A DNA stretch of 64,000 nt from Candidatus Latescibacterota bacterium (GTDB taxonomy: Bacteria; Latescibacterota; UBA2968; GCA-2709665), in NCBI GenBank assembly GCA_965205485.1, contig OZ242180.1:2400001-2464000 (forward strand), given 5' to 3'. The number at the start of each line of letters is the position of its first letter. Position 1 is the first letter of the stretch. A program made the position numbers and the translations under genes. Shown piece after piece: positions 27,639-37,370 of the stretch. The notes below the pieces were generated by a model that was not told where the DNA came from, did not search any database, and saw only the letters and a program-made list of their open reading frames with translations.

Positions 27639-28850
27639 ATGAGTGAATCGGCAATGGTTCCTCGAAAAAGACTCGATATCGGCTGGCGCGATCTCCTCTT
27701 CGGTATGCGCCGATGCCTCTCCGGCGACCGGCGCGAGGAAGGCCATGCCGTTTGCCGGGAGAGTACCGGAGACACCGACGAGGCCATTTTCTTTCTTTCG
27801 CTTCGCAGCGGCTTCGATGCCTGTCTCCGGGAAGCCCGGTTTCCTCGCGGTTCGCACATCCTGGTGTCCGCCATCACCATTCCCGATATACTCGAAATCA
27901 TCCGGAGTCACGGACTCGTGCCCATTCCGGTCGATCTGGATCCACTGACCCTTGAGCCCGATCCGGACAGTCTCAACAGCGGGCTGACGTCCAGAACCGT
28001 CGCGCTCCTGGCGACTCACCTGTTCGGCGCCCGAATCCCAATGGACCCGCTTGTTCGTTTCGCCAGAATGCACGGTCTCTTGCTGTTTGAAGATTGCGCA
28101 CAGGCGCATTGGGGTGACGGCTTCACAGGTCATCCTGACAGCGACGTACGCATGTTCAGTTTCGGACCGATCAAGTACCATACCGCGTTGGGCGGTGGCC
28201 TTCTCTTTGTGGGCGACCCTGATCTTCGTGGCAGAATCAGACGGCTGCATAGCAGTTATCCTGTGCAGAGCAAAGGCTGGTTCTTCCTGCGCCTGGCAAA
28301 ATACGGCGTTGTTCTCCTGCTCAACCGGCCGGGGCCGTATACCCTGCTATGCGCCGCGTGCCGCCTGTTGGGCAGGTCGCACGATGCCGTGGGATACCGC
28401 GCCACACGCGGTTTCAGAGGACTGGAACTGCTCAGGAAAATCCGTCGCCAGCCCTGTGGCGCCCTCCTGGATCTGCTGTCACGGCGTCTGCGTTCCAATG
28501 CCCTCAGGCCCATGGGTTGCCGCCCGGAAGCCCTGGCATTTCATCGCAGCGTTCCGGATCTCTGCTACCCGGGCCGAAGCGCGGATCACTCCTATTGGCT
28601 CTTCGTCGTCAGGGTCGGCAACGCGGCGGACCTGTGCCGGCGCCTCTGGAGCGCAGGCATTGACGCACATTTGTGGCCACCGTCCCTATGCGTGGTCAAG
28701 CCCGATCGTGATCTGCCAGGCCACGAGCCAACGTGCGCAATAGCGCTCGGGCCGCAACTCCTGTTCCTTCCCGTATACCCACTGGTGGGGCGGGTCCGCC
28801 TCGCCCACCTGAGCCGCATCGTGCGTCAACGGGCGCGGTCGCACGGATAA
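27639..28850 (+). CDS. DegT/DnrJ/EryC1/StrS-family PLP aminotransferase
   Basis: ATHLFG, FEDCAQA, FSFGPIK...GGG; start re-placed at ATG 27639 (or 27654). Confidence 0.82.
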   Translation: MSESAMVPRKRLDIGWRDLLFGMRRCLSGDRREEGHAVCRESTGDTDEAIFFLSLRSGFDACLREARFPRGSHILVSAITIPDILEIIRSHGLVPIPVDLDPLTLEPDPDSLNSGLTSRTVALLATHLFGARIPMDPLVRFARMHGLLLFEDCAQAHWGDGFTGHPDSDVRMFSFGPIKYHTALGGGLLFVGDPDLRGRIRRLHSSYPVQSKGWFFLRLAKYGVVLLLNRPGPYTLLCAACRLLGRSHDAVGYRATRGFRGLELLRKIRRQPCGALLDLLSRRLRSNALRPMGCRPEALAFHRSVPDLCYPGRSADHSYWLFVVRVGNAADLCRRLWSAGIDAHLWPPSLCVVKPDRDLPGHEPTCAIALGPQLLFLPVYPLVGRVRLAHLSRIVRQRARSHG

Positions 28851-29064
28851 CGCGCCCGCCCGCCTTCTTCCTCCTGCCTGCCGTGAATCCTGCTCTGAAT
28901 CCTGATACAGGCGCCTGGATCTCCGTCCGAGACATCGCGAATCGTCGTCGGAAACTGGTTTTTCTGCCAGGGTCCGGATGTTATATTCGGTCGGATCGGT
29001 CAATGCTGCCCGCCCGGTCCAACCGCTCCGGAATCCCACACGAAAACCCAACGGAGGCAATCCC

Positions 29065-30924
29065 ATGTCTGGTACCAATACCGAAGCGATGGGTAACGGT
29101 TTTTTTCACCACGGCGTCGCCACGCCCGTCAGCAACCATCGCGGTACAGCTGTTGCCGTGGACGGCGAGGGCCGCAACGTGGTCCTGATCTGGCTTTACG
29201 ACCACCGGGGCGGATATGCGCTGCTGATGATCGATGCCGAAACCGGTAAGGCCGACGAATTCCCCATGCCCTTTCCGCCGGGCGGAGACTGTCCCTTTGC
29301 CGCCATCCTGTCCAGCCGTAACAGGTATTACACGCACTTCAACAGCCACTTTGTCGAATTCGACCCGGAGAAGCGCGCATTCACGTTCTTCCACAAGACC
29401 GTGCCGCAGATGGCCATGAGCATGACCGAGGACGACGGCGGCCGCATCTGGTCTGGAACCTATCCGAACAGCGCGGTGGCATCCTACAACCCCGGTACCG
29501 GCGAGTTCCGTGACTACGGTAACCTATACGACCAGAACTGGCGTCAGTATCCCCGGGCGATCGCCGCTGACGATACCGGCTGGATCTATTTCGGCGTCGG
29601 CAGCACGGCCAGTCAGATTATCTCGCTGGACCCGGAAAGCGGAAGGGCGGAGCCGCTCCTGGCGGAAGACGAACGGACGCATGCCCATGCACTTGTCTAT
29701 CGTGACCTGAACGGGAGAGTATACGGGCACACCAGCGGCGGATCGGAGGACGGTTGGATGGAATTGTACCGCGGCAGGCGGATGGACGTCGGCAGGATTG
29801 AGAACAGAAGTGAGAAACCGGTCATTGCCGGCAGTCAGGGGCTGTTCCACACGGATTTTCCCGACGGCAAACGCATGGTCTCCTGCAGCCTCGTGGAACG
29901 AACTCTGGCCGTTGAGGACCCCGGAACCGGCGAGATCCGCGAAGTGTCCTTCGACTACTCCAGCGAAGGCGCCCACATCATGGGCGTGGCCACGGCTCCG
30001 GACAATACCATCTGCGGCGGCACCGCGTTCCCCATGCACTTTTTCAGCTTCAACCCGGAAACCGGCAGCTGGATCAACCGACCGGCGCTGGGTCAATGGA
30101 ATACCGTCGCCAGAGAAGGCGACATGTTCTTCATCGGCGCCTATACCCACGGCCTGCTGGAGGCGTGGGACCCTGCCCGGCCATGGGTCCGCACCGAGCG
30201 CGACAAGGCCGGCTGCAACCCGGAACTGCTATACGAATGCCACGAGGTCATCAACCGCCCTCACATGCTGCTCGCCCATCCGGACGGAAGAACCGTAATA
30301 CTCGCCGGTACACCGGGGTACGGGCTTACCGGCGGCGGCCTGCTGTTCTGGAACAGGCAGACCCGCGAGCATACGCTGCTGGAACATACCGACATCCTGC
30401 CAAACCAGTCCACCATGAGCCTGGTTCCCCTGCCCGATGGCAGGCTCCTGGGCGGCACGACGACCAGCGCAGGCACGGGCGGGGAACAGAAGGCCGACGA
30501 AGCGGAACTCTATATTATAAACATGGAAACGAGGCGGCTCGATTGGCACGCGGTCGTCTTCCCCGGCGTGCAGGGTTATACCGATATGTGCTCGGGGCCG
30601 AACGGTGTGGTGTACGGCATCGCCGACCGCAGGCGCTTTTTCGTCTTCGATCCCGGCGACGGAAGGGTGGTCCACCAGCGGGAACTCGAGCCCGAATTCG
30701 GGCCCACGACGTCTCAACAGGGCCCGAGGGTTTTTGTTACCGCGCCGGACGGCGCCATTTTCATCCTCTTCACGAAGGGTATCGCTATCGTCGAACCCGA
30801 TACCCACGAAATACGGATGCTGGCTGAGTCGCCCGTGCCCGTAGGGCCGGGTGGCGACATCCTGGACGGTCGAATCTACTTCGGAAGCGGGTCCCACCTC
30901 TACAGCTATCAGGTATCGGAATAA
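29065..30924 (+). CDS. Hypothetical beta-propeller-like protein
   Basis: Repeated blade-like motifs (DGGRIWSGTYP, DTGWIYFG, PDGRLLGGT, DGRIYFG); GGAGG RBS before ATG 29065. Confidence 0.65.
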   Translation: MSGTNTEAMGNGFFHHGVATPVSNHRGTAVAVDGEGRNVVLIWLYDHRGGYALLMIDAETGKADEFPMPFPPGGDCPFAAILSSRNRYYTHFNSHFVEFDPEKRAFTFFHKTVPQMAMSMTEDDGGRIWSGTYPNSAVASYNPGTGEFRDYGNLYDQNWRQYPRAIAADDTGWIYFGVGSTASQIISLDPESGRAEPLLAEDERTHAHALVYRDLNGRVYGHTSGGSEDGWMELYRGRRMDVGRIENRSEKPVIAGSQGLFHTDFPDGKRMVSCSLVERTLAVEDPGTGEIREVSFDYSSEGAHIMGVATAPDNTICGGTAFPMHFFSFNPETGSWINRPALGQWNTVAREGDMFFIGAYTHGLLEAWDPARPWVRTERDKAGCNPELLYECHEVINRPHMLLAHPDGRTVILAGTPGYGLTGGGLLFWNRQTREHTLLEHTDILPNQSTMSLVPLPDGRLLGGTTTSAGTGGEQKADEAELYIINMETRRLDWHAVVFPGVQGYTDMCSGPNGVVYGIADRRRFFVFDPGDGRVVHQRELEPEFGPTTSQQGPRVFVTAPDGAIFILFTKGIAIVEPDTHEIRMLAESPVPVGPGGDILDGRIYFGSGSHLYSYQVSE

Positions 30925-32207
30925 GGCGGGTTCGGCCCGTTGTCCAGAAAGTCAGGAATCACCTCGTTTTCCGTGATCTGGTCCAGTGTCTGTCGTTTCC
31001 TGATCCGGTGCAGCGTGCCATCCGGGGCCTGCAGCACCTCGGCGGCCTCCGGAAAGGAGTTGTAGTTCTTCGATGCCATGCCGGAACAGTACGCGCCGGA
31101 TCCGCCCACCGCCAGCAGATCGCCCATCCTCGCCTCGGCGAGAAGCCGGGGTTTCAATCCTTCCGGATCTCCCGGCGCAGGGGTCAACACGTCTCCGCTC
31201 TCACAGCAATGGCCGGCAATCAGATATTCCCTCAGTGGCCGCGTCTCCGGCTGCGCGGGCACGGTCACAATCGGGTGCTGTGCGCCATAGAGGCTGATGC
31301 GCAATAGCTCGGTCATTCCCGCGTCTGCCTTCAGGAACTCGTACCCGTTCCTGCCGGTATCCACGCAATCGATGACCGAACAGATCAGCGCGCCAGCGTT
31401 GGCCACCAGAAAGGTGCCCGGCTCGACCTCCAGCCGCAGCTTGCGCCCATGTTCGGTTCCAAAGGCCCGGAACGCTTCGGTTACATGCATTCCGATCCGA
31501 TTCAGGTCGGTAGATGCCTCCCCTGCCATACGCCCTACCTTAAACCCGCCCCCGAGGCTCAGCACCTCCACCTCCGGCAGTAGTGCAGCGATCCGCAGAG
31601 AAATCATCGCGCAGTGCTCCCAGACCTCGGGATCGCTGCCCGAACCGATGTGGGTATGCATACTCGAAATCTTCAGATTGCAGGCTCCGGCAATGGCGAG
31701 TACCTGGTCCAGATACTCGTGCCAGATCCCGAAACTTGCGGATGGGCCACCCACGTTGGTCTTTTTGCTGTGCCCCGATCCCAGACCGGGGTTGATTCGT
31801 ACCGTTACGGAATGGCCCGGAAACAGGTCGCCGAAGTGCCTCAGTTGCTGCAGCGAACAGGCATTGAATATGACGCCCTGTCTCACCAGGAACTCCAGAT
31901 TCGGGGGCGTACGCTGTGCGGTGAGCTGGATCTGGTCCGGAGAAACGCCGGCCCGGATGGCGCGCTCCACTTCGTATCCGCTGCTGGCATCGATGTGCAG
32001 GCCCGCCCGGTTCAGGATTCTGACGACCGCCGCCGTTGGCAAGGCCTTCATCGCGTATCGGGCGGTCAATCCGTACGCATTTGGGAAATCCAGGACCTCC
32101 CTTGCACGAGCCTCGAGCGTTTCCTGGTCATAGACGAAAACAGGCGTGCCAAACCGGCGCCGGATCTCCCGGATGTTGTCTTCGGTCAGGAACGCAAGCT
32201 GTTCCAT
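30909..32207 (-). CDS. lysA: Diaminopimelate decarboxylase
   Basis: FGTPVFVYD, YAMKA (PLP lysine), HTHIGSG, LGGGF, EPGTFLV, CESGD, GAYC...NYNS. Confidence 0.92.
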   Translation of the reverse strand: MEQLAFLTEDNIREIRRRFGTPVFVYDQETLEARAREVLDFPNAYGLTARYAMKALPTAAVVRILNRAGLHIDASSGYEVERAIRAGVSPDQIQLTAQRTPPNLEFLVRQGVIFNACSLQQLRHFGDLFPGHSVTVRINPGLGSGHSKKTNVGGPSASFGIWHEYLDQVLAIAGACNLKISSMHTHIGSGSDPEVWEHCAMISLRIAALLPEVEVLSLGGGFKVGRMAGEASTDLNRIGMHVTEAFRAFGTEHGRKLRLEVEPGTFLVANAGALICSVIDCVDTGRNGYEFLKADAGMTELLRISLYGAQHPIVTVPAQPETRPLREYLIAGHCCESGDVLTPAPGDPEGLKPRLLAEARMGDLLAVGGSGAYCSGMASKNYNSFPEAAEVLQAPDGTLHRIRKRQTLDQITENEVIPDFLDNGPNPPYSDT

Positions 32208-32390
32208 GGTCCCTCCGTGTGGTTCATGAATTCAGATTTCGGCTTGACTCATTTTCCGAAAAACGGAATATTCATTACGCAATCGACAACCGGCAGCGCC
32301 GTCCGTTTCCTGTACAAAGGAAAAGCCGTGCGCCAGAAACACCGCAGCGCACGGCCCGAATTGTCGCAGCCCGCCGTCCGGCTTCAACAC

Positions 32391-32476
32391 TGGTGCGGAA
32401 GGGGGGACTCGAACCCCCACGGGCAATGCCCACCAGATCCTAAATCTGACGTGTCTGCCAATTCCACCACTTCCGC
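32391..32476 (-). tRNA. tRNA-Leu (anticodon TAG)
   Basis: Reverse complement GCGGAAGTGGTGGAATTGGCAGACACGTCAGATTTAGGATCTGGTGGGCATTGCCCGTGGGGGTTCGAGTCCCCCCTTCCGCACCA; long variable arm, encoded CCA. Confidence 0.97.
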
Positions 32477-32771
32477 AATAATGGTCATGAATTAAGGGTC
32501 CACGAGCCCCTGACATGCGAGTCAGATCCAACTCGCGCGCCGTTGCAGGAATAACACCTGAAATAACGCGAATAATACGGAAAAGTCAACTGCAAATGTC
32601 TCCTGCGGAAGCCTTGAGTATGCCCGCAAGGCGCGGTACGAGTCGTGATCGCGAGGCCAGTCCCTCACGGCGCAAAACCGTGCGGGCGACGGTCCTTCCT
32701 CTGATTGACAGGTGTTATTCACGCCAGAAATCCTCCCGGGAATTCGTGGGAACGGACGGCAAAAACGGAAT

Positions 32772-35144
32772 ATGAGCTCGATACATCCAGAGCCGGCACT
32801 TGGTATCCGGAAGGCGTACCACCGGGTTTCCGGCACCCTCTTTTTCCTGTTGCTTTTCCTGGTCAACACGGCCCATGCGCAAATGGAGCCGGAGCCGCTT
32901 ACCGTCCAACGCGACGCGTCGGCGCAGGACTCCCTGCTCTATGAATACGCGGCCGACCGGGTCGAGGATGATGTCGCGGCAGGACGGGTTGTCTTCACGG
33001 GTAACGTCGTCCTCAAGTATCAGGACGTAGAGCTGCGCGCCGGGCGAATCGTCCTCCATAGAAAGGCGAAACGGCTGGAAGCCGAGGGGCTGCCGGATTC
33101 CACGGGACGGAAGACCATTGGCGTGCCCGAGTTTGTCCGAGGGGCGGAGCGATTCACAGGCTCGTCAATGGTTTACAACCTGGAAACCGGGCGCGGGCGC
33201 GTGAAGGGTGGCCGGGCGCGTCACGGCAGGCGTTATTACAAGGGCGAGCAGATCCTCCTGGACCGGCAGCAGGAACTTCACGCCCTTGCGATATCCATGT
33301 CCTCGTGCGACAGGGACCACACCCATTACGACTTCGTGTGCCGTGCGCTGAAGGTGGTTCAGGACGACAAGGCCATCGCCCGCTCCGTTACGTTTCGCGT
33401 GGGTCCCGTACCGGTGATGTGGCTCCCGTTCTACGTGTTTCCGCTCACGCAGGGCAGGCGCTCCGGCATTCTGACGCCGCGGATCGGCAGCAACAGCCGC
33501 GACGGCATAAACATAAGCAACATCGGTTATTACTGGGCGCCCAGCGACTACTGGGATGCCACGTTGAAGACGGCCATTCGGGAACGCAACGGTTTTCTCA
33601 TTGACGCAGGGTTCGACTACGCGGTGCGAAGAAGACTCAGCGGATATGTGAATCTGTCCTTTGAACGCGGGCGACAGCCTTCGGGCGATTCACGCCGCGA
33701 CTGGCGTTTGAACTTTCACCACCAGCACCGGCTGAACCCGACGCTCAACATGAGGGCCAGGGGGGACTTTACGAACAGCTCCAACTTCGACCTTCACAAT
33801 TCCAGCAACCTCTATCGGTACCTGAACCGGCAACTCCGGTCGTCTTTTTCCATGGACAAGCGCTGGACGGAAGCCAGGCGAAGCATGGATGTCAATCTCA
33901 ATTACTACCGGGACCTCGACAAGAACCAGAACCGGTTTCAGGGTTTCCCCCGTCTCTCGTTCCGTCAGGGCAGGCGTCGCATTTTCGGTCAGCCTGAATC
34001 AACCCGGGACGCCCTCTGGTACCACGCTTTCTATTACGACGCTTCCGCGGGTCTCACGAATGCCTTCACGCGCAACGAGGACGGGGACGACAACACGCAC
34101 AATCTGTCGCTCAACGCCAGGCTGGGGGCCAGCAGCCAGCACAAGCCCTTCGGGTGGCTGGATCTCACGCAACGGTTCAACATCAGTCAGAACTCCTCGC
34201 GCCCGAACGCGAACACGCGGACGCGCCGTGAGTCTTACAACGCCAGCCTGGCCGCCGGCACCGCGCTCTATGGTATCTTCAAGCCGCAGATCGGACGGCT
34301 GAGAGGGTTCCGCCACCGGTTTCAGCCCCAGATCGACCTCAGGTATTACCAGACCGCCAGGGTCGATGGCGCAACCCTGGGCTTTCACGGCCGCCGGGAC
34401 TGGAATGATCCCAGGCGCACCCTTAACCTGCGGCTCAATAACACGCTCGAAATCAAGACCGAAATGGACGGCAAAGAACGCCGGTCCACACTCGCAACGG
34501 CCAGTTTCTCAACGGGATACGATTTCGACGCCAATCCATTGCGTCGATGGCGCGATCTGCGGACCTCAGCGTCGATAAAGCCCGCACGCCGGATCGACGT
34601 TCGACTCAACATGGGCCACACGTTCTACGACGCATCGGGACGTCTGAACCTGTATCACCCGCGCCTGCGCAGCCTCAGCGTCAACACCAGTCTTCGCTTC
34701 AGCGGACGATCCGATCGGAGGTCGGACCCGATCCGAGACGACAGATCCATGCTTCCGGGCTCGGGGACAGGATTTAACTTCGAAGACGACATCTACCGTG
34801 ACTTCGGAGACGCCACCCAGCCGTGGCATTTCAACGTGGGACACTATTTCAGCTATCGGGAGTCTTTCTCCGTGGGCTTCGGATCATCGAAGCGCTCGTG
34901 GGTAAAAGCGGACCTGGCGTTGAATCCCACGCGCGCCTGGCGCTTCAACTATTCCGTCAACTTCGATGTGATAAACACCCGGCTGATTTCCCAGACGCTT
35001 TACGTTTACAGGGACCTGCACTGCTGGCAGGCCACGTTCAGCTGGTATCCCACGGGATTCAACAAGGGCTTTCACTTCAAACTCCATATCAAGGAATTCC
35101 CGCAGATAAAGGTTGAACATCGCAGGGGAGGTTACGGGCTATGA
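32772..35144 (+). CDS. lptD: LPS-assembly protein LptD-like
   Basis: OstA-like N-terminal domain, VPVMWLPF...RRSGIL.P, GYYWAPSDYWD, C-terminal RDLHCW. Confidence 0.88.
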   Translation: MSSIHPEPALGIRKAYHRVSGTLFFLLLFLVNTAHAQMEPEPLTVQRDASAQDSLLYEYAADRVEDDVAAGRVVFTGNVVLKYQDVELRAGRIVLHRKAKRLEAEGLPDSTGRKTIGVPEFVRGAERFTGSSMVYNLETGRGRVKGGRARHGRRYYKGEQILLDRQQELHALAISMSSCDRDHTHYDFVCRALKVVQDDKAIARSVTFRVGPVPVMWLPFYVFPLTQGRRSGILTPRIGSNSRDGINISNIGYYWAPSDYWDATLKTAIRERNGFLIDAGFDYAVRRRLSGYVNLSFERGRQPSGDSRRDWRLNFHHQHRLNPTLNMRARGDFTNSSNFDLHNSSNLYRYLNRQLRSSFSMDKRWTEARRSMDVNLNYYRDLDKNQNRFQGFPRLSFRQGRRRIFGQPESTRDALWYHAFYYDASAGLTNAFTRNEDGDDNTHNLSLNARLGASSQHKPFGWLDLTQRFNISQNSSRPNANTRTRRESYNASLAAGTALYGIFKPQIGRLRGFRHRFQPQIDLRYYQTARVDGATLGFHGRRDWNDPRRTLNLRLNNTLEIKTEMDGKERRSTLATASFSTGYDFDANPLRRWRDLRTSASIKPARRIDVRLNMGHTFYDASGRLNLYHPRLRSLSVNTSLRFSGRSDRRSDPIRDDRSMLPGSGTGFNFEDDIYRDFGDATQPWHFNVGHYFSYRESFSVGFGSSKRSWVKADLALNPTRAWRFNYSVNFDVINTRLISQTLYVYRDLHCWQATFSWYPTGFNKGFHFKLHIKEFPQIKVEHRRGGYGL

Positions 35145-35358
35145 GCACTGCCGTGAAAAAACGGTGTCCTGTCTCTCAGTTCCGGCGTCCGGTCCCCGGT
35201 TTCGCGGCCCGTTGTTTCGCTTGCCTCGCCCTGGTGAATCGGCTAAATTAGGATTGGCATGTTGTGATGCGCCTCATGCCGGATATCTCCGCCGCAACCC
35301 AATGTATCGTGGCTGCGCGCCCCTTTTTGGTGGCGTTCATTGACTTTCAGGAACCAGG

Positions 35359-35796
35359 GTGCGTGCGCTTGTACAACGGGTCAGCCGTTCCGCGGTTTTC
35401 ATCAACGGGGAGCTCACCGCTGAAATCGGCCGGGGGATGTTGATACTTCTGGGCGTCGGACGGGAGGACACACCCGAAAACATCCAGTACGTGGCCGGCA
35501 AATGCATCCACCTGCGGATATTTGAAGACGAACAGGGCAGGATGAACCGTTCCCTCGCAGAAATCGGGGGGCAGGTTCTGGTCGTCTCGCAATTCACGCT
35601 CTATGGCGATACCCGGAAGGGCCGCCGTCCCGGCTATTCGGGCGCCGCTCCACCAGAGATGGCCGAGGCGTACTATAGCGAATTCGTGGATGCGCTGCGA
35701 AGCCAGGGTGTGTCGGTGCGGACCGGGCAGTTCGGCGCCAATATGCAGGTTGAAATTCACAACGACGGCCCCGTTACCCTGATGGTTGAGTCGTAG
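35359..35796 (+). CDS. dtd: D-aminoacyl-tRNA deacylase
   Basis: MRALVQRV, SQFTL and NDGPVT motifs. Confidence 0.97.
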   Translation: MRALVQRVSRSAVFINGELTAEIGRGMLILLGVGREDTPENIQYVAGKCIHLRIFEDEQGRMNRSLAEIGGQVLVVSQFTLYGDTRKGRRPGYSGAAPPEMAEAYYSEFVDALRSQGVSVRTGQFGANMQVEIHNDGPVTLMVES

Positions 35797-35841
35797 GGAT
35801 TTTCGCCGCCGCGCAGTCGTATCAGGCAACACCTTCCCGCC

Positions 35842-36447
35842 ATGAAAAAACTCATCCTGGCCTCCGCATCACCGAGGCGGTCCGACCTGTTGCGCCTGCT
35901 CGGCCTGTCCTTCGACGTGGTGCCGAGCCATGTTTCGGAAACCCTGGACAGATCGATTCCACCCGCGGACTACGTGCAGGAAATCTCCGGCCGAAAGGCG
36001 CGGGCGGTTGCCGCGAGGTTCAACGGGGAGATCGTAATTGGCGCGGATACCGTGGTCGTGGCGGACGGCGACATTCTGGAAAAGCCGGCGGGTGAAGACG
36101 AGGCAGTCCGCATGCTGAGCAGACTTTCGGGAAAGACGCACCGCGTGTATACCGGCCTGACGTTGATCGACTCCGGAACCGGGCGCTCTCTTCGGGACGT
36201 GGCGGTGACGGATGTCGCCATGAGACCGCTCACGCCGGAGGAAATTCACCTGTACGTGCAGTCAGGCGAACCTATGGACAAGGCGGGCGCATATGCGGTT
36301 CAGGGCAGGGCAGCCGCGTTCGTCCATTCGATCTCCGGATGTTTCTACAATGTTGTCGGGTTGCCGATTTCACTTTTCTGCTCACTCCTCGAACGCCTGG
36401 CGGGTCAGTCGTCGTTGATGGTTGCCGCCGGGCATTGCAAAGACTGA
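35842..36447 (+). CDS. maf: Maf-family nucleoside triphosphate pyrophosphatase
   Basis: LILASASPRR, GADTVV, DKAGAY and NVVGLP motifs. Confidence 0.95.
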   Translation: MKKLILASASPRRSDLLRLLGLSFDVVPSHVSETLDRSIPPADYVQEISGRKARAVAARFNGEIVIGADTVVVADGDILEKPAGEDEAVRMLSRLSGKTHRVYTGLTLIDSGTGRSLRDVAVTDVAMRPLTPEEIHLYVQSGEPMDKAGAYAVQGRAAAFVHSISGCFYNVVGLPISLFCSLLERLAGQSSLMVAAGHCKD

Positions 36448-36461
36448 TTCCGGAGCCTTGA

Positions 36462-37364
36462 ATGCAGGAATTCGCATCAGAGTTACGGGCACAACGCGAA
36501 TCCAGCGGTATGTCCCTCGAAGAATTATTCGAACGGACGCGGATCAACCCCGATTATCTCCGCGCGATCGAGTCCGGCAATTACGACGTCCTTCCTGAAA
36601 TCTACGTTCGCCTGTTTATCAAGAAATACGCGCAGGAAGTAGGCCTGGATGTGGAGGAAACGCTGGCCAAATACGAAAAAAACAGACCGGTCACGGTGAC
36701 CGCTCAACGCGTTGCGAGCAGGGCGCGGGAACGCTCGCTGCCTGTGGGCCGCATCCTGGGAATTCTAAGCGTACTGGCACTTATTGCCGTAATCTCAGGC
36801 GTGTACCTTCGGCGTGACTCGACGTCTGTGACGTCCGCATCGACGGGGGCGCCGGTGTCAGAAAACGCAGCTCCATCGGCAGATTCCGGTCCGGAGCCTT
36901 CCGCAACGCCGGATCCCGCGGATCCTCCTGCTGAACCCGAAAGCCCCCCGGAGCCAGCGGTTGCCGACTCCCCGCGTTCTGCGCCCCGCGAACCGGATAT
37001 CGCCGTGAACCGGGAGCCGGGCGAGCGGGTGGTGTCGGCCTATTCGCTTCCGCAGCAGTACTCGGGCATCTGGGAAGACGAGATCGTGCTGCGCATTGAT
37101 GCGCTCATGGACACCCGCGTTCTGGTATTCAGCGACGGTGATTCCACCTTTGATAACCGCCTGCTTTCCGGCACACAGCGGAAGTGGACCGCTCTCAATG
37201 GGTTCCGAGTGGAAATTGAAGATCCCTCCGCAGTCTCCCTATTCCTGCAGGACAAGCCTGTTTCCCTCTCTGCAGAAACCGGACTGAAGCGCCGGCTCTT
37301 CATTTCCCGACACAATGTCTGGGTTGAAGAGATCGAATCCGTGTTGCCGCCACCCGTGCGTTGA
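36462..37364 (+). CDS. rodZ: RodZ-like HTH-TM-DUF4115 protein
   Basis: N-terminal HTH (LRAIESG.YD.LP..YVR.F...YA), one TM helix, Pro-rich linker. Confidence 0.75.
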   Translation: MQEFASELRAQRESSGMSLEELFERTRINPDYLRAIESGNYDVLPEIYVRLFIKKYAQEVGLDVEETLAKYEKNRPVTVTAQRVASRARERSLPVGRILGILSVLALIAVISGVYLRRDSTSVTSASTGAPVSENAAPSADSGPEPSATPDPADPPAEPESPPEPAVADSPRSAPREPDIAVNREPGERVVSAYSLPQQYSGIWEDEIVLRIDALMDTRVLVFSDGDSTFDNRLLSGTQRKWTALNGFRVEIEDPSAVSLFLQDKPVSLSAETGLKRRLFISRHNVWVEEIESVLPPPVR

Positions 37365-37370
37365 TCCGCA

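Noticed and set aside
30909..30924. 16-bp convergent overlap of lysA and the beta-propeller gene
   Set aside because: Short tail-to-tail overlaps are common and not informative
32391..32476. tRNA-Leu as an integration site for the peptide locus
   Set aside because: No integrase in the window, no duplicated tRNA 3' end noticed, and lysA directly follows the tRNA
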